Notes: generated from the letters alone by a model not told the origin. A stretch of DNA of 64,000 nucleotides from an uncultured delta proteobacterium (GCA_963745835.1 CAVUZH010000003.1:1088001-1152000); one strand, 5' to 3'. Positions 29,360-39,444 are shown, counted from the stretch's first letter. Translations and numbers: made by a program.

Positions 29360-29593
29360 TTACCGTCTCGTTGTTGTGCGAAGGCCGATACTGTTTACCT
29401 CTGTCAGCGAATCCAGAAACGCATTTGTGGATTCCTCGGAAGCCTTTCGACGAAATAATTTCCAGGAGAGATGGTGATCACAGCGGCCGCAAAAGCCGTT
29501 GATCCACTGCATCAGGGAGTCACGATCGAGTAGAACAACGACAAAATCGAAGGTGCACTCCGGACACTGACGGTTAGACAGATATCTGAGCAT
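29360..29593 (-). CDS. Small CPxC...CxxC (zinc-ribbon-like) protein, copy A
   Basis: MLRYLSNRQCPEC...INGFCGRC...LSW; aligns by eye with 50330-50515 and 62441-62653. Confidence 0.65.
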   Translation of the reverse strand: MLRYLSNRQCPECTFDFVVVLLDRDSLMQWINGFCGRCDHHLSWKLFRRKASEESTNAFLDSLTEVNSIGLRTTTRR

Positions 29594-30006
29594 CTTGCGA
29601 GGCGATTCCTTAACGTGTAACTGCATGAACGATTGTTGTTGAAATCTCAGGGAACGGGATCGCTTTCCAACGCCCTAAGACTAACGGGATGACTGAACAA
29701 AGCAAAGCTTGAAACAAAGATTTAACTCACATACGCGGCTCGACGATCGGGATCACGGATTATCATAAATTTACTGGCGAGTTCTGATGATTTTACTCAT
29801 CGCCGCTCGAGCCACTCACCTAGTGTTCCCGCTTCTCTGGCAAAGTTGCTGTTGCTGCTTAACTCTCAGCTGCAGTTCCTTGAAGGAATTACCGGAGGAT
29901 GCTTCCTAGGACGAGGATAATCGTCGACAATCCAACTATGATGATTGCATCAAAAAGGTCTTCACTCATAGAACTCAACGAGTTCTCCATATCAGAAGCA
30001 CGCAGC

Positions 30007-30369
30007 CTAAGCGTGTCTTCCAACAGCTTCAATAAGCTCTGTAGCAGCGAACGGCTTGATTAAGAACTCTACAATTCCAGCCTCTTGTGCCTCAACTTTT
30101 ACCTCACTCTGGGTCCAACCTGAACATGCAACGATCGGAATCTTTGTGGTTGCAGGGTTGTCTTTGATCCTTCTTGCCAGATCGAATCCCCTAACATCGG
30201 GTAGCGACACATCCATCAAAATTAAATCAGGGGGTTCAGATAAAGTCTTTTCCATTCCCTCATTCGCGTTCTCAGCTTCCCTGGTCTCGTGCCCTGCGGA
30301 ACATAGAATCAGACTAAATACACGACGAGCATCGGGATGATCCTCTATGATCAAAATCTTTTTGCCCAT
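30007..30369 (-). CDS. Single-domain response regulator (CheY/DivK-like)
   Basis: KILIIED, PDLILMD..LP...G, IPIVA.S, KPF. Confidence 0.9.
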   Translation of the reverse strand: MGKKILIIEDHPDARRVFSLILCSAGHETREAENANEGMEKTLSEPPDLILMDVSLPDVRGFDLARRIKDNPATTKIPIVACSGWTQSEVKVEAQEAGIVEFLIKPFAATELIEAVGRHA

Positions 30370-30457
30370 TTTGATTTCCTTCTCCTTTTTAGGTGCGCCA
30401 GCGGTTTACGAGTTCGCAATTACCTGATGACCTTTGGAGAGAAGGTAATCCGTATCT

Positions 30458-30495
30458 GTTACGTGACTGTTAACGTTCGGCAAACTCTGAATGAA
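30458..30495 (-). promoter_or_regulatory. Putative PHO-box-like repeat array upstream of the response regulator
   Basis: + strand GTTAC 30458, GTTAA 30469, GCAAA 30480, ATGAA 30491: exact 11-bp period. Confidence 0.45.
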
Positions 30496-30690
30496 TAGTG
30501 CTACTGGGAAGAAAATCTCAGTGAAGTTCGAGGAGGCTTGCTCCTACCGATTGATTCTCAGGAAGGAGGCATATGACCGGGTGCGTAACGGGGATTGTCA
30601 GGAGCCGCTCCAGGCCGCGAACCAGGTCAACTGTTCTCGAGACATCATCAAGCGGCTGGCCATGAGATGGAATCCGGCGGGCAACAATTA

Positions 30691-31939
30691 CTAGATCACA
30701 TCATTGGTCAAATCGTTTTCGGCTCGTAAGATCTCATAGAGCTGGTCCTGAGAACGGATGTGTGGGCGACCCGTGCTAGTGATGCGCGATGAGCTACCGT
30801 CAGGCTGGATTTGCCAGCTTTTGGCAGTATCACTGAGCTGAATTTCCAAAATCCCTCTCAGTTTAAGCTGATGCTGCGGGTCGAGTACAGGGAAAGCGAT
30901 TTCAACCCGTCGGTCGAAATTGCGCGGCATCCAGTCGGCGGAAGCTAACCAGTACGCGCAATCACCGCGGTTATGGAAGTAGAAGATGCGAGCATGCTCT
31001 AAGTAGCGGTCGATGATTGAAATGACACGAATGTTCTCCGACACGCCCGGAACACCCGGACTCAAACTGCACATGCCGCGTACGATCAAGTCGATCTGCA
31101 CTCCCGCTTGGCTGGCACTGTAAAGCTCATCGATGATCGCCGGATCCGTGAGGCTATTCACTTTGGCGATGATCCGCGCCGAGTCGCCGCTGCTCGCATG
31201 CTCTTTTTCCTTCCGGATGCAGTTAACGAAGTGCTCCCTCAATCCAGTCGGCGCCAGTAGTAACTGCTGAAACTTCTGCGGTCGGGTGTAGCCGGTCAGC
31301 AGATTGAATAACTCCGTGAGATCCTGACCCAAGTCTTCCCGGCAAGTAAATAGCCCTAGATCGGTAAGGAAATGAAACGCGGCACCACATGCGTAGGAAT
31401 GTGAAGGATTGAAAGATCAGCATGCGGCAGGCGGGAAGCTGCAGCCGTATGCAGGGAGACGACAAAGCACAATGAACGGTTTGCCAAGTAGGGAAACGGA
31501 TGGCCCGGATCGATGGCGAGCGGCGTTAGTATCGGGTAGAGAGTGCGATTAAAAAAATCTTCAAGAAAGCGCCCCTGCTCGTTATTCAATTCTTGCGGCC
31601 GTACCAAGTGAATGCCTTCCGACGTAAGTTGCGGAAGTATGGTGTTGATGAAACAGAGATGCTGCTCTTCGGCGAGCTCATGGACACGTTTGGAGATGGC
31701 GCTTAGAGTTTCAGCCGGTGTCAGTCCATCAGGGGTGATGCTTCGAATTCCTTTTTTTAACTGGCGTTTGATTCGCGATACTCTCACCATGAAAAATTCA
31801 TCGAGATTTGAGCTGAAGATCGCCAGGAATTTGATCCTTTCCAGCAATGGAACTGCCTCGTCTTTTCTTCCTCCAAGACTCGTCGGTTAAATTCAAGCCA
31901 TGATAACTCGCGATGTAAATATTTGTTGTTTTGCTCCAT
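30691..31939 (-). pseudogene. ppk1: Polyphosphate kinase 1 pseudogene (5' frameshift plus large internal deletion)
   Basis: ATG 31939 MEQNNKYLHRELSWLEFNRRVLEE; frameshift ~31865; LERIKFLAIFSSNLDEFFMVRV...HPFP..PRFISLP joined out of frame at ~31362 to TDLGLFT...AKVNSL..IVRGMC..RYLEH..SADWMPRNFDRRVE. Confidence 0.9.
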
Positions 31940-32043
31940 AGCCGATGCCGTCCTTAGAACATCCTAAAGAGTGACTATGCTTGGAATTCGTAAGCCTCTT
32001 CCTACCATACACCAAGCTTTCCCGGATATGACTATCCGTGAAT

Positions 32044-32140
32044 GTTAAAAGGAGATTAAATTTATGTTACAAAGCTTGCCTCATCGGCTGTCACTTACCC
32101 ACAGTCTGCAGAAATTCTCCAAATTTAACCTGTTCGTAAC
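32044..32140. promoter_or_regulatory. Divergent ppk1/ppx promoter region with PHO-box-like repeats
   Basis: GTTAA 32044, ATTAA 32055, GTTAC 32066 (facing ppk1); TTAAC 32125, GTAAC 32136 (facing ppx); 11-bp spacing. Confidence 0.5.
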
Positions 32141-32186
32141 CTGAGTCGATCAACAAAAGCACCGATTAGTGATAAGAAGAGCGCCG

Positions 32187-33716
32187 ATGGCAGATCACTT
32201 TGCGGTCATTGACGTTGGAAGCAACGCGATGAAGTTTCAAATAGCGGTCGTCGATCAGCCAAAGCGATACCGCGTAGTCGAACAAGACCGCCAACCAGTT
32301 CGTCTCGGACACAATGTTTTTAGAACCGGTCACCTGGACCCTGCTAACGCCGAAGCTGCTTTAAAGGCTCTCGCCGATTTCAAAGCAGTGGCCGATAAAT
32401 ACCAGGTTAAGGCGATCCAAGCCGTAGGCACGAGCGCGCTTCGTGAGGCCCGTGACGGGGAATCCTTCCTCAAAGATGCCCATCAGCTCGGTGTGCCGAT
32501 GCAGATTCTGTCAGCAGAGGATGAAGCTCGGCTAATCAGTTTAGGAATCATGAGCGGCCTGCGCTTTCATTTGCCGCTCGGGCTGTTTTTGGACATTGGC
32601 GGCGGCAGTGTCGAACTAGCCGTTGCAAATCCAAACAATATTTTTTGCTTATTCAGTCTAGCCCTCGGAGCGGTTCGTTTGACAGAAGAGCTATTCACCG
32701 CTGACCCGCCGCGCAAACGTGAAATCCGCAACCTGCGGCAGTTTGCTAGACAGAAGCTCAGATCGGTGGGTCAGCGTGTCGGTCAGGAAAAGTACACCAT
32801 GGCTTTTGGTAGCGGCGGTACCATGACTGCTCTGGCCGAAACCAATCTACGCGTCGCTGGAGACGGTAAAAATGGATCTTTAGCGATATTGCGGCGCACG
32901 CGGTTGGATGCCTTGTTAAAGTTGCTCATGACGATACCGGCCAAAGAGCGAGCCGCTTTGATCAGCGGCGATCCCAAACGCGCGGATATCATAGTTGCCG
33001 GCGGGCTAGTTCTCCATGAGATCATGGCTGAGATCGGACTAGACTATATATTTGTATCGCGACGAGGGTTGCGCGATGGCTTGATGATCGATCTACTACA
33101 GCGACACTACGAGAACTCAGGTTCGTGGGATCCAGATGCGGAGCGCGCGGAATCTCTCGAGCAGGTATGTCAAAAGTACTTGTATGATGCGCCGCATGCT
33201 CATCATGTCAGCCAGCTCGCGCTGACGTTGTTTTATCAATTGAATGATCTGCACAAGCTACCGGAGAAATATGCCAGCATTTTACATGCCGCAGCGATGC
33301 TGCACGATATCGGCCTTTTCATAGCCGAGCCCAAGCACCACAAGCATTCTTACTATTTGATCAAAAGTTCAGAAATCAACTCTTTCGACAAGCTCGATCT
33401 CGACGTCGTTGCCAACATTGCCCGCTATCATCGCAAAGCGCACCCGAGCCAGAAGCATTTAGGTTTTAGTCAGCTCTCTCCGGCCAACCAGGCTGTCGTA
33501 CGAAAACTCAGCGCCATACTCCGCATTGCCAATGCCTTTGATTTTAAGCACGACCAGAAAGTTGGCGCTCTCAGTTGCGCCTTAAAAAGATCCAAAGCTA
33601 TAACCGTTACGGTTTCCGGCTCAGCCAATTCCAGCAACGAAATCGAGTGCGCCCGGGCGCAGGGTGAACTGTTCGAAGAAGTTTTCAATCTCAAGCTTAC
33701 CATTCAGAATTCCTAG
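32187..33716 (+). CDS. ppx: Exopolyphosphatase Ppx/GppA with C-terminal HD domain
   Basis: AVIDVGSN, GTSALREA, E.EARL, DIGGGSVE, LGAVRLTE, GSGGT, RADII, GLRDG, LHDIG, HHKHSYYLI, ARYHRK. Confidence 0.95.
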   Translation: MADHFAVIDVGSNAMKFQIAVVDQPKRYRVVEQDRQPVRLGHNVFRTGHLDPANAEAALKALADFKAVADKYQVKAIQAVGTSALREARDGESFLKDAHQLGVPMQILSAEDEARLISLGIMSGLRFHLPLGLFLDIGGGSVELAVANPNNIFCLFSLALGAVRLTEELFTADPPRKREIRNLRQFARQKLRSVGQRVGQEKYTMAFGSGGTMTALAETNLRVAGDGKNGSLAILRRTRLDALLKLLMTIPAKERAALISGDPKRADIIVAGGLVLHEIMAEIGLDYIFVSRRGLRDGLMIDLLQRHYENSGSWDPDAERAESLEQVCQKYLYDAPHAHHVSQLALTLFYQLNDLHKLPEKYASILHAAAMLHDIGLFIAEPKHHKHSYYLIKSSEINSFDKLDLDVVANIARYHRKAHPSQKHLGFSQLSPANQAVVRKLSAILRIANAFDFKHDQKVGALSCALKRSKAITVTVSGSANSSNEIECARAQGELFEEVFNLKLTIQNS

Positions 33717-33747
33717 TGTACTGGCTCAAAACCGGAGGAGAACACAA

Positions 33748-34188
33748 ATGAGACGAACCATCCGTGAACGAAACATTCTTTTTCTGTGCGAGGACAACGC
33801 CTCGCTAAGTCAAATGGCTGAAGCCGTGGCGAAACACCTCGGTCCGCCTAAGGTTAAAGTCTTCAGCGCCGGTATAAGTCCGACGACGATTCCCTCCCTG
33901 GTATATAGGGTTATGGAGGAATCGGGGGTCAGCTTGCAGGGCCAGTCATGTAAAAAGATGAATGAGGTACCATTGAATGAAATTGATTTGGTGATAAGTT
34001 TTCAAGGGGCGGACAAAAAGATTACTTCCCTGCCGAAGCGGACGAAAGTGGAGAACTGGTCGATTCCGGCACCGGATTCTTCCGATACAACCAGCTCGGC
34101 GCCATTGACAAGATTTCGCCACGAGCGAGATGAGATCAATAAACGAGTATTTGCGCTGTTCCTGGATCATTGGCGCAATGATGCATAG
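33748..34188 (+). CDS. LMW-PTP/ArsC-fold protein with degenerate P-loop
   Basis: NILFLCEDNASLSQMAEA (CX5R arginine replaced by L), FSAG, DLVIS, WSIP.P, RDEI. Confidence 0.8.
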   Translation: MRRTIRERNILFLCEDNASLSQMAEAVAKHLGPPKVKVFSAGISPTTIPSLVYRVMEESGVSLQGQSCKKMNEVPLNEIDLVISFQGADKKITSLPKRTKVENWSIPAPDSSDTTSSAPLTRFRHERDEINKRVFALFLDHWRNDA

Positions 34189-34243
34189 GTCACTCATCCT
34201 TTCGCAAGCGCCGAAACGGGTAAGTATATAAGCAAGAGGTTGT

Positions 34244-34753
34244 ATGAATCTTTACCTTCTTCGACACGGAATCGCTGCAGCTAAGGATGATCCGGCTTTT
34301 GAATCCGACAGCGATCGGCCCCTTACCAAAAAAGGAATTAAGAAGTTTCGCAAAGCCGCGCGCGGGATCGACCGTTTGGCGATTCCCTTTGACGCGATTC
34401 TCAGCAGTCCTTTAGTTCGCGCCCGCCAAACAGCTGATATCGTCGCCGCGGTCTTGAATAAGGACTCCTGCATTGAGGAGATACCGGAACTAGCTCCTGA
34501 GAGTTTGCCCGAGCAGCTAACATCCGCCTTGAACAATGTTCAAGACAAAGAGCATGTCATGTTGGTGGGCCATGAGCCGTTCCTTGGCAAATTGGCGGCG
34601 TTTCTGGTTAATGGAAAAAACAATTCTGATAGTGTGATTCCCCTCAAAAAGGGCGGCATCTGCCGCATCGAGATCGAAGCTCTTCCCCCGACACGGCCCG
34701 GACAAATGCACTGGCTGCTGACTCCAAAACAGCTTCGCCTCATAGCTCGCTAA
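34244..34753 (+). CDS. sixA: Phosphohistidine phosphatase SixA
   Basis: LYLLRHGIA, DRPLT.KG, SSPLVRARQTA, LVGHEP, LKKGG. Confidence 0.93.
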   Translation: MNLYLLRHGIAAAKDDPAFESDSDRPLTKKGIKKFRKAARGIDRLAIPFDAILSSPLVRARQTADIVAAVLNKDSCIEEIPELAPESLPEQLTSALNNVQDKEHVMLVGHEPFLGKLAAFLVNGKNNSDSVIPLKKGGICRIEIEALPPTRPGQMHWLLTPKQLRLIAR

Positions 34754-34762
34754 TCTGGCGAA

Positions 34763-35707
34763 ATGTACCTGGAGACGGGCCACTCTGAGAAGGGAGTAAC
34801 TCTTGTCAGAGTGTCGAAAAAACATATCCTCAAGCTGGCCCGAACTCGTTTGAAAAAATGCGTTTCCATCGCGCCCAGGCTTTTGGTTGACGACGATCCA
34901 CAGGACATTCACGATCTTCGAGTATCCAGTCGCCGGTTGCAGCAATTGGTTGGCCTACTTTTCCCCAAGCGACGTCGCGGTAAAAGCCGCAAGGTTCTGC
35001 GATCTCTACGCACCGTGCGCCGCGATTGGAGTGTTTGCCGCAATCTCGACGTTAATTTAGATCTGCTTCGGGAGAAGCTCGAGTCGGTTAAGACAGACGC
35101 GAATCGTGACGCATGGTATCATGTCCGTGAATACATATCGGATTTGCGAGCTCAGGAATTCGCCGACGCGCGTAAGCGACTCCGGCGGCTGGATCTTCTC
35201 GGTCTAATCGACAAAACGCAGCGGTTGTTAAAGGCAGTGCAAGGAGAAAATGCGCAAGAGCTAATCTTGGTAGACAGTTTTGCAAACACTCTGGCGCGGT
35301 GGTGCGAGGCGTTAGCCCAAGCCAAACGCAGCAAGGATCCGGAGCATCTTCATGAATTGCGGATCTCCGGCAAGCGACTGCGCTACCGTTTTGAAGTGCT
35401 CGCCGAGCTCGGAGATGGCGCCGCAAAATCTCACGTAAAGTTATTGAAAGCACTGCAAGATGAGCTCGGCCGTTGGCACGATCGGCACGTGCTGTTGAAG
35501 TTGGTCAAAGAGCTCAACAGAAAGCCGGAATTTTTGGGTGAGCAACCGGAAATTCAGCAGGTACTGGAGAGTGACATTGAAAACGATAGGCAGAATAATG
35601 ATTCTGCCATCGATGAAATCTTAACGGCAGCTGAAAGCCTCCAGTTCGAACTGGATCATTGCAACCCGGCACCTGAACCAGACTATGATCTTACCGCCTC
35701 CAGTTAG
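34763..35707 (+). CDS. CHAD domain protein (polyphosphate-binding)
   Basis: IHDLRVSSRRL, RNLDV, LHELRISGKRLRYRFE, LQDELGRWHD. Confidence 0.92.
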   Translation: MYLETGHSEKGVTLVRVSKKHILKLARTRLKKCVSIAPRLLVDDDPQDIHDLRVSSRRLQQLVGLLFPKRRRGKSRKVLRSLRTVRRDWSVCRNLDVNLDLLREKLESVKTDANRDAWYHVREYISDLRAQEFADARKRLRRLDLLGLIDKTQRLLKAVQGENAQELILVDSFANTLARWCEALAQAKRSKDPEHLHELRISGKRLRYRFEVLAELGDGAAKSHVKLLKALQDELGRWHDRHVLLKLVKELNRKPEFLGEQPEIQQVLESDIENDRQNNDSAIDEILTAAESLQFELDHCNPAPEPDYDLTASS

Positions 35708-35720
35708 TCATCTGAGGGTT

Positions 35721-36406
35721 TCACGCGATCACCTGAGTCACGCGCTTACGTAGCTCTTCGAACACCTGTTCGATTGTGCCAGAGGCGTCGATAATCCCAA
35801 AGCCGTAGGTTTCTACCATCTTATCGAACTCGGCCAAAAGCCCCGTTTGATATTTGACAAAGCTTTCGTACAAGTCTTCGCCCATATGTAAATCCATTCC
35901 CGATTCCCAATAATTAAACCCGGTGCTTTGCAGTACTCTGGTAACTAGGTCGTCGATATTGATGCGCAAATAGAAAATCGCATCCGGCTTTAAAGCGAAG
36001 CCATAGACTTCCCGCAACCACTCGGGATCGGCGCCACGGACAATCGCCCGAGCCATTAACGAATAAATATACCGATCGGTCAGCACGATGAATCCCGCGC
36101 GCAAAGCGGGAATGATCTCGTTTTCCAGCCGGTCGGCAAAATCGGTTGCATAGAACAGACTCATGGTCATGCCGCCCAAGGTATGTCCTTCCTTGGCCAG
36201 TTTTAGCCGTTTTCCCGCCAATGCCGAGCGAGTCATGCCGGTATCCAAAACTGCATGACCGCTATTTTCCAACCAGTCCTTTAACAAGCGAGAATATGCG
36301 TGGACCGACCAACCCCATCGGTACCTTCAAGTACAATCAACTTCCCTTTGAGCTCGTCGAGGTCTACGTCTGGGAGCCCCTCGCCAAAGAAGCTAAATCG
36401 ACCCAT
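35721..36406 (-). pseudogene. Thymidylate-kinase-like protein 2, frameshifted near 36293 (pseudogene or assembly indel)
   Basis: ATG 36406 MGRFSFFGEGLP...GKLIVLEGTDGVGRSTHI, then frame change to LLKDWLE...LFYATDFADRLE..IIPALRAG.IVLTDRYIYS. Confidence 0.8.
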
Positions 36407-37098
36407 CTACGAATCCTTGTTTTTTTGGTGCCCGCCAGCGCGTGTGACACGATCTTTCTGACTTCTACCTGCTGCTCCTCGATGGAGCGAGTCGCATCGA
36501 TCGTGATGAGACCGAACTCGTTTATCATTTTTTCATACTCGTCAATGATACGGCCCTGAAAAAGCCGGAAGCTCTCCTCAATGTCATTGCTTAGCTCTAA
36601 ATCCATGCCCGCTTCGTAGTATTTAATCGCATCTCTGCCGCCCAGAATTCTTTTCATTGCGACATCGAGCGGCGTGCGGAAATAAAAGGCGACGGTGGGT
36701 TTAACGGCGAAAGTGTAGAGATCCCGAACCCATTTGGGGCTGACTCCCCGAACCACATCGCGAGCGAAAGCAGTGTAGATATAGCGGTCGGCCAAAACTA
36801 CCGCACCCGCTTTCAAAGGGGGAATAATGTCGTGTTCTACTCGGTCCGCAAAATCCGTCGCATGAATCAGACTAAAGGTCATAGCGGTAAGCATTTTCTT
36901 TTTCTTGCCCCGCTTGGTCACGTCGCGAACCAGGGGTGATGAATTCCACTCACTGAATGACGCGACGTATCCTTCCGACTCGAGCCATTTTTGCAGCAGC
37001 ATCAGCTGAGTACTCTTACCCGAACCATCGATTCCCTCGACAATAAAGAGTCGGCCAGGAAACCGGTGTTTGCCGTAAGTTTTCATTCCTGCGGCCAT
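36364..37098 (-). CDS. Thymidylate-kinase-like protein 1
   Basis: IVEGIDGSGKST P-loop, SEWNSS, HATDFADR, LADRYIYT, YYEAGMDL; overlaps the start of its paralog. Confidence 0.88.
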   Translation of the reverse strand: MAAGMKTYGKHRFPGRLFIVEGIDGSGKSTQLMLLQKWLESEGYVASFSEWNSSPLVRDVTKRGKKKKMLTAMTFSLIHATDFADRVEHDIIPPLKAGAVVLADRYIYTAFARDVVRGVSPKWVRDLYTFAVKPTVAFYFRTPLDVAMKRILGGRDAIKYYEAGMDLELSNDIEESFRLFQGRIIDEYEKMINEFGLITIDATRSIEEQQVEVRKIVSHALAGTKKTRIRRWVDLASLARGSQT

Positions 37099-37242
37099 CG
37101 AAAGACTCCCTCAATCAATAAACCGACATTGGACACCATCAGATCCCGAGGGACTTTATCAAAAAGACCCTGGCGAAGACCAGTAGAGACACGTTGTACC
37201 AGGTTAAGCTTATGTTACGCGATCCCGGGATTTCTCCCGCGT

Positions 37243-37405
37243 TTAACACTTTCTTAACCGATCCTTTACAACCGCTTCACCCTACATGATCATCGTCTTC
37301 GTCAAAAGTGCAGTAACGTCTTGCAAGGAGGCAAACTGATGTCGCGTTGCAGAAGCCCATGTCGCGCTTCACCAAACCTTAAGACTGTCTTAACAATTTC
37401 GTAAC
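37243..37405 (+). promoter_or_regulatory. Two arrays of PHO-box-like direct repeats upstream of pstS
   Basis: TTAAC 37243, TTAAC 37254, TTTAC 37265, TTCAC 37276; TTCAC 37368, TTAAG 37379, TTAAC 37390, GTAAC 37401; all with an 11-bp period. Confidence 0.75.
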
Positions 37406-37442
37406 ATTAACTAGCTAAATGAGCATAAACAAAGGAGGAAAA

Positions 37443-38426
37443 ATGAAGAACTTGTTATTGGCTACCTTTATCGCTGGCTTACTGGCGGCGCCACTAGCCG
37501 CAAAGGCGCAGGTTATTCAGATTGACGGTTCCAGCACTGTCTTTCCAGTGACCGAAGCGATCGCGGAAGAGTTTCAAAAAGCAAAGAAGGGAAAGCTTAA
37601 AGTCACAGTCGGCATTTCAGGCACCGGTGGTGGCTTCAAGAAATTCTGCCGAGGGGAAACCGATATCAGCGATGCCTCGCGGCCGATCTTGAAACAGGAA
37701 ATAGAGGCCTGCAAGGGGTCTGGCGTGGAGTTTTTTGAGCTCCCGGTCGCCTATGATGCTTTAACGGTTATAGTAAATCCAAAAAACGATTGGGCGACAT
37801 CGATGACCGTCGCCGAATTGAAAAAAATCTGGGAACCTGCCGCGCAGGGCAAGGTTACAAACTGGAATCAGGTTCGGCCCAAATGGCCCGATGCGCCGCT
37901 CAAGCTTTTCGGCGCCGGCGCCGACTCCGGAACCTTCGACTATTTTACTGAAGCCATCGTAGGCAAGGCCAAGTCGAGCCGTGGAGATTTTACGGCAAGT
38001 GAAGACGATAACGTCCTGGTTCAAGGAGTGGCTAATGATCGTAGCGCATTGGGCTTCTTTGGCTTCGCCTATTACATAGAAAATCAAAAGAAACTGAAGG
38101 CTGTTGCGATTGACGGCGGCAAGGGTCCAGTAGCTCCGTCAGCAAAGAGCGTGGAGGACGGCACTTATCAGCCACTGTCGCGCCCCATCTTTATCTACGT
38201 TAGCAAAAAAGCGCTTGCCAAACCGGAGGTAAAAGAGTTCGTCGAATTTTATCTCAAAAATGCTCCCAGCCTGGTAAAAGAAGTTAAGTATGTTGCCCTG
38301 CCGGCCAAAGCCTACACCTTAGGCCTGGAGCACATCCAAAAAGGAAAAATCGGCACTGTATTTGGAGGCGAAGCGGAAGTCGGAGTTAAGATCGACGATT
38401 TGCTAAAGCGCGAAGCCAAATTCTAG
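37443..38426 (+). CDS. pstS: Phosphate ABC transporter substrate-binding protein PstS
   Basis: [45 protein letters not shown]; RBS GGAGG. Confidence 0.96.
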   Translation: MKNLLLATFIAGLLAAPLAAKAQVIQIDGSSTVFPVTEAIAEEFQKAKKGKLKVTVGISGTGGGFKKFCRGETDISDASRPILKQEIEACKGSGVEFFELPVAYDALTVIVNPKNDWATSMTVAELKKIWEPAAQGKVTNWNQVRPKWPDAPLKLFGAGADSGTFDYFTEAIVGKAKSSRGDFTASEDDNVLVQGVANDRSALGFFGFAYYIENQKKLKAVAIDGGKGPVAPSAKSVEDGTYQPLSRPIFIYVSKKALAKPEVKEFVEFYLKNAPSLVKEVKYVALPAKAYTLGLEHIQKGKIGTVFGGEAEVGVKIDDLLKREAKF

Positions 38427-38442
38427 CATATCAACCTCAACT

Positions 38443-38475
38443 GCAGGAAGCGCCGAAACTATCGGCGCTTTCTGC
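38443..38475 (+). terminator. Stem-loop between pstS and pstC (partial terminator or mRNA stabiliser)
   Basis: GCAGGAAGCGCCGA-aacta-TCGGCGCTTTCTGC, 14-bp stem with one G-U pair; no long U tract. Confidence 0.6.
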
Positions 38476-38495
38476 TCCTGGTCCCGGACACATTT

Positions 38496-39443
38496 ATGGC
38501 AGCTACCGAACAGGTGCATCCTGAAATTCTAAGAAGTCGAGTTCAAACCGCAACGGCGAGTCGCAGTTTGCAACGAGCACGCGAACGAGTGATCGAAATC
38601 TTATTACTTCTCGCGGCGCTTTCTTCGGTGGCGATTACCGTCGGAATCGTCGGCGTTCTTATCTTCGAGTCGCTGCAGTTTTTTAAACACGTTTCGATCG
38701 TGGAGTTCTTAACCGATACCCAGTGGACGGTGCTCTTCGCGGATCCGCATTATGGTATCCTGCCGCTGGTCTCCGGCACTTTGGTGACATCTGTGGTCGC
38801 ACTCCTGGTTTCTCTTCCGCTCGGAACCATTATCGCGATTTATCTCAGCGAGTATGCCAATACCAGGACAAGAGAAATACTCAAGCCAATTCTCGAGCTT
38901 CTCAGCGCGGTCCCGACCGTGGTGTTCGGCTACTTCGCTCTGCTTTTTCTAACGCCATTGTTACAGCGCTGGTTACCGAGTTTACCGGGTTTCAATATGC
39001 TCAGCGCCGGCATCGTCATCGGTATCATGATCATTCCCTATGTTAGCTCGCTCAGCGAAGATGCGATCCGAGCCGTGCCGGTGCATATTCGCGAGGGTTC
39101 TTATGCGATGGGGGCCACTCGGTTACAGACCGCGCTCCGGGTGCTTTTCCCTGCCGCATTCTCGGGCATTGCTTCGGCCTATGTGCTGGGTTTCTCCCGC
39201 GCTGTGGGTGAAACGATGATAGTTGCGGTGGCTGCCGGCACGCAACCGAACCTTACTCTCAATCCCATGGAAGGCGCGGCAACGATCACGGCCTATATCG
39301 TTCAAGTGAGCCTCGGTGACCTGCCGCATGGTAGTATTGCCTATCAGAGCATTTTTGCCGCAGGATTGACGCTGATGTTGATGACCTTGATTTTCAATAT
39401 CGGCGGCTATTTGTTGCGCAAGAAGTTCCGGGAGATTTATTAA
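38496..39443 (+). CDS. pstC: Phosphate ABC transporter permease PstC
   Basis: GILPLVSGTL, AIYLSEYA, LELLSAVPTVVFG, SRAVGETM. Confidence 0.96.
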   Translation: MAATEQVHPEILRSRVQTATASRSLQRARERVIEILLLLAALSSVAITVGIVGVLIFESLQFFKHVSIVEFLTDTQWTVLFADPHYGILPLVSGTLVTSVVALLVSLPLGTIIAIYLSEYANTRTREILKPILELLSAVPTVVFGYFALLFLTPLLQRWLPSLPGFNMLSAGIVIGIMIIPYVSSLSEDAIRAVPVHIREGSYAMGATRLQTALRVLFPAAFSGIASAYVLGFSRAVGETMIVAVAAGTQPNLTLNPMEGAATITAYIVQVSLGDLPHGSIAYQSIFAAGLTLMLMTLIFNIGGYLLRKKFREIY

Positions 39444-39444
39444 C

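Noticed and set aside
33748-34188. Arsenic resistance operon
   Set aside because: No arsR, arsB or acr3, and the catalytic Arg is missing.
36364-37098. Housekeeping tmk
   Set aside because: Tandem paralogs, SEWNSS in place of the usual TREPGG, and a polyP rather than holB context.
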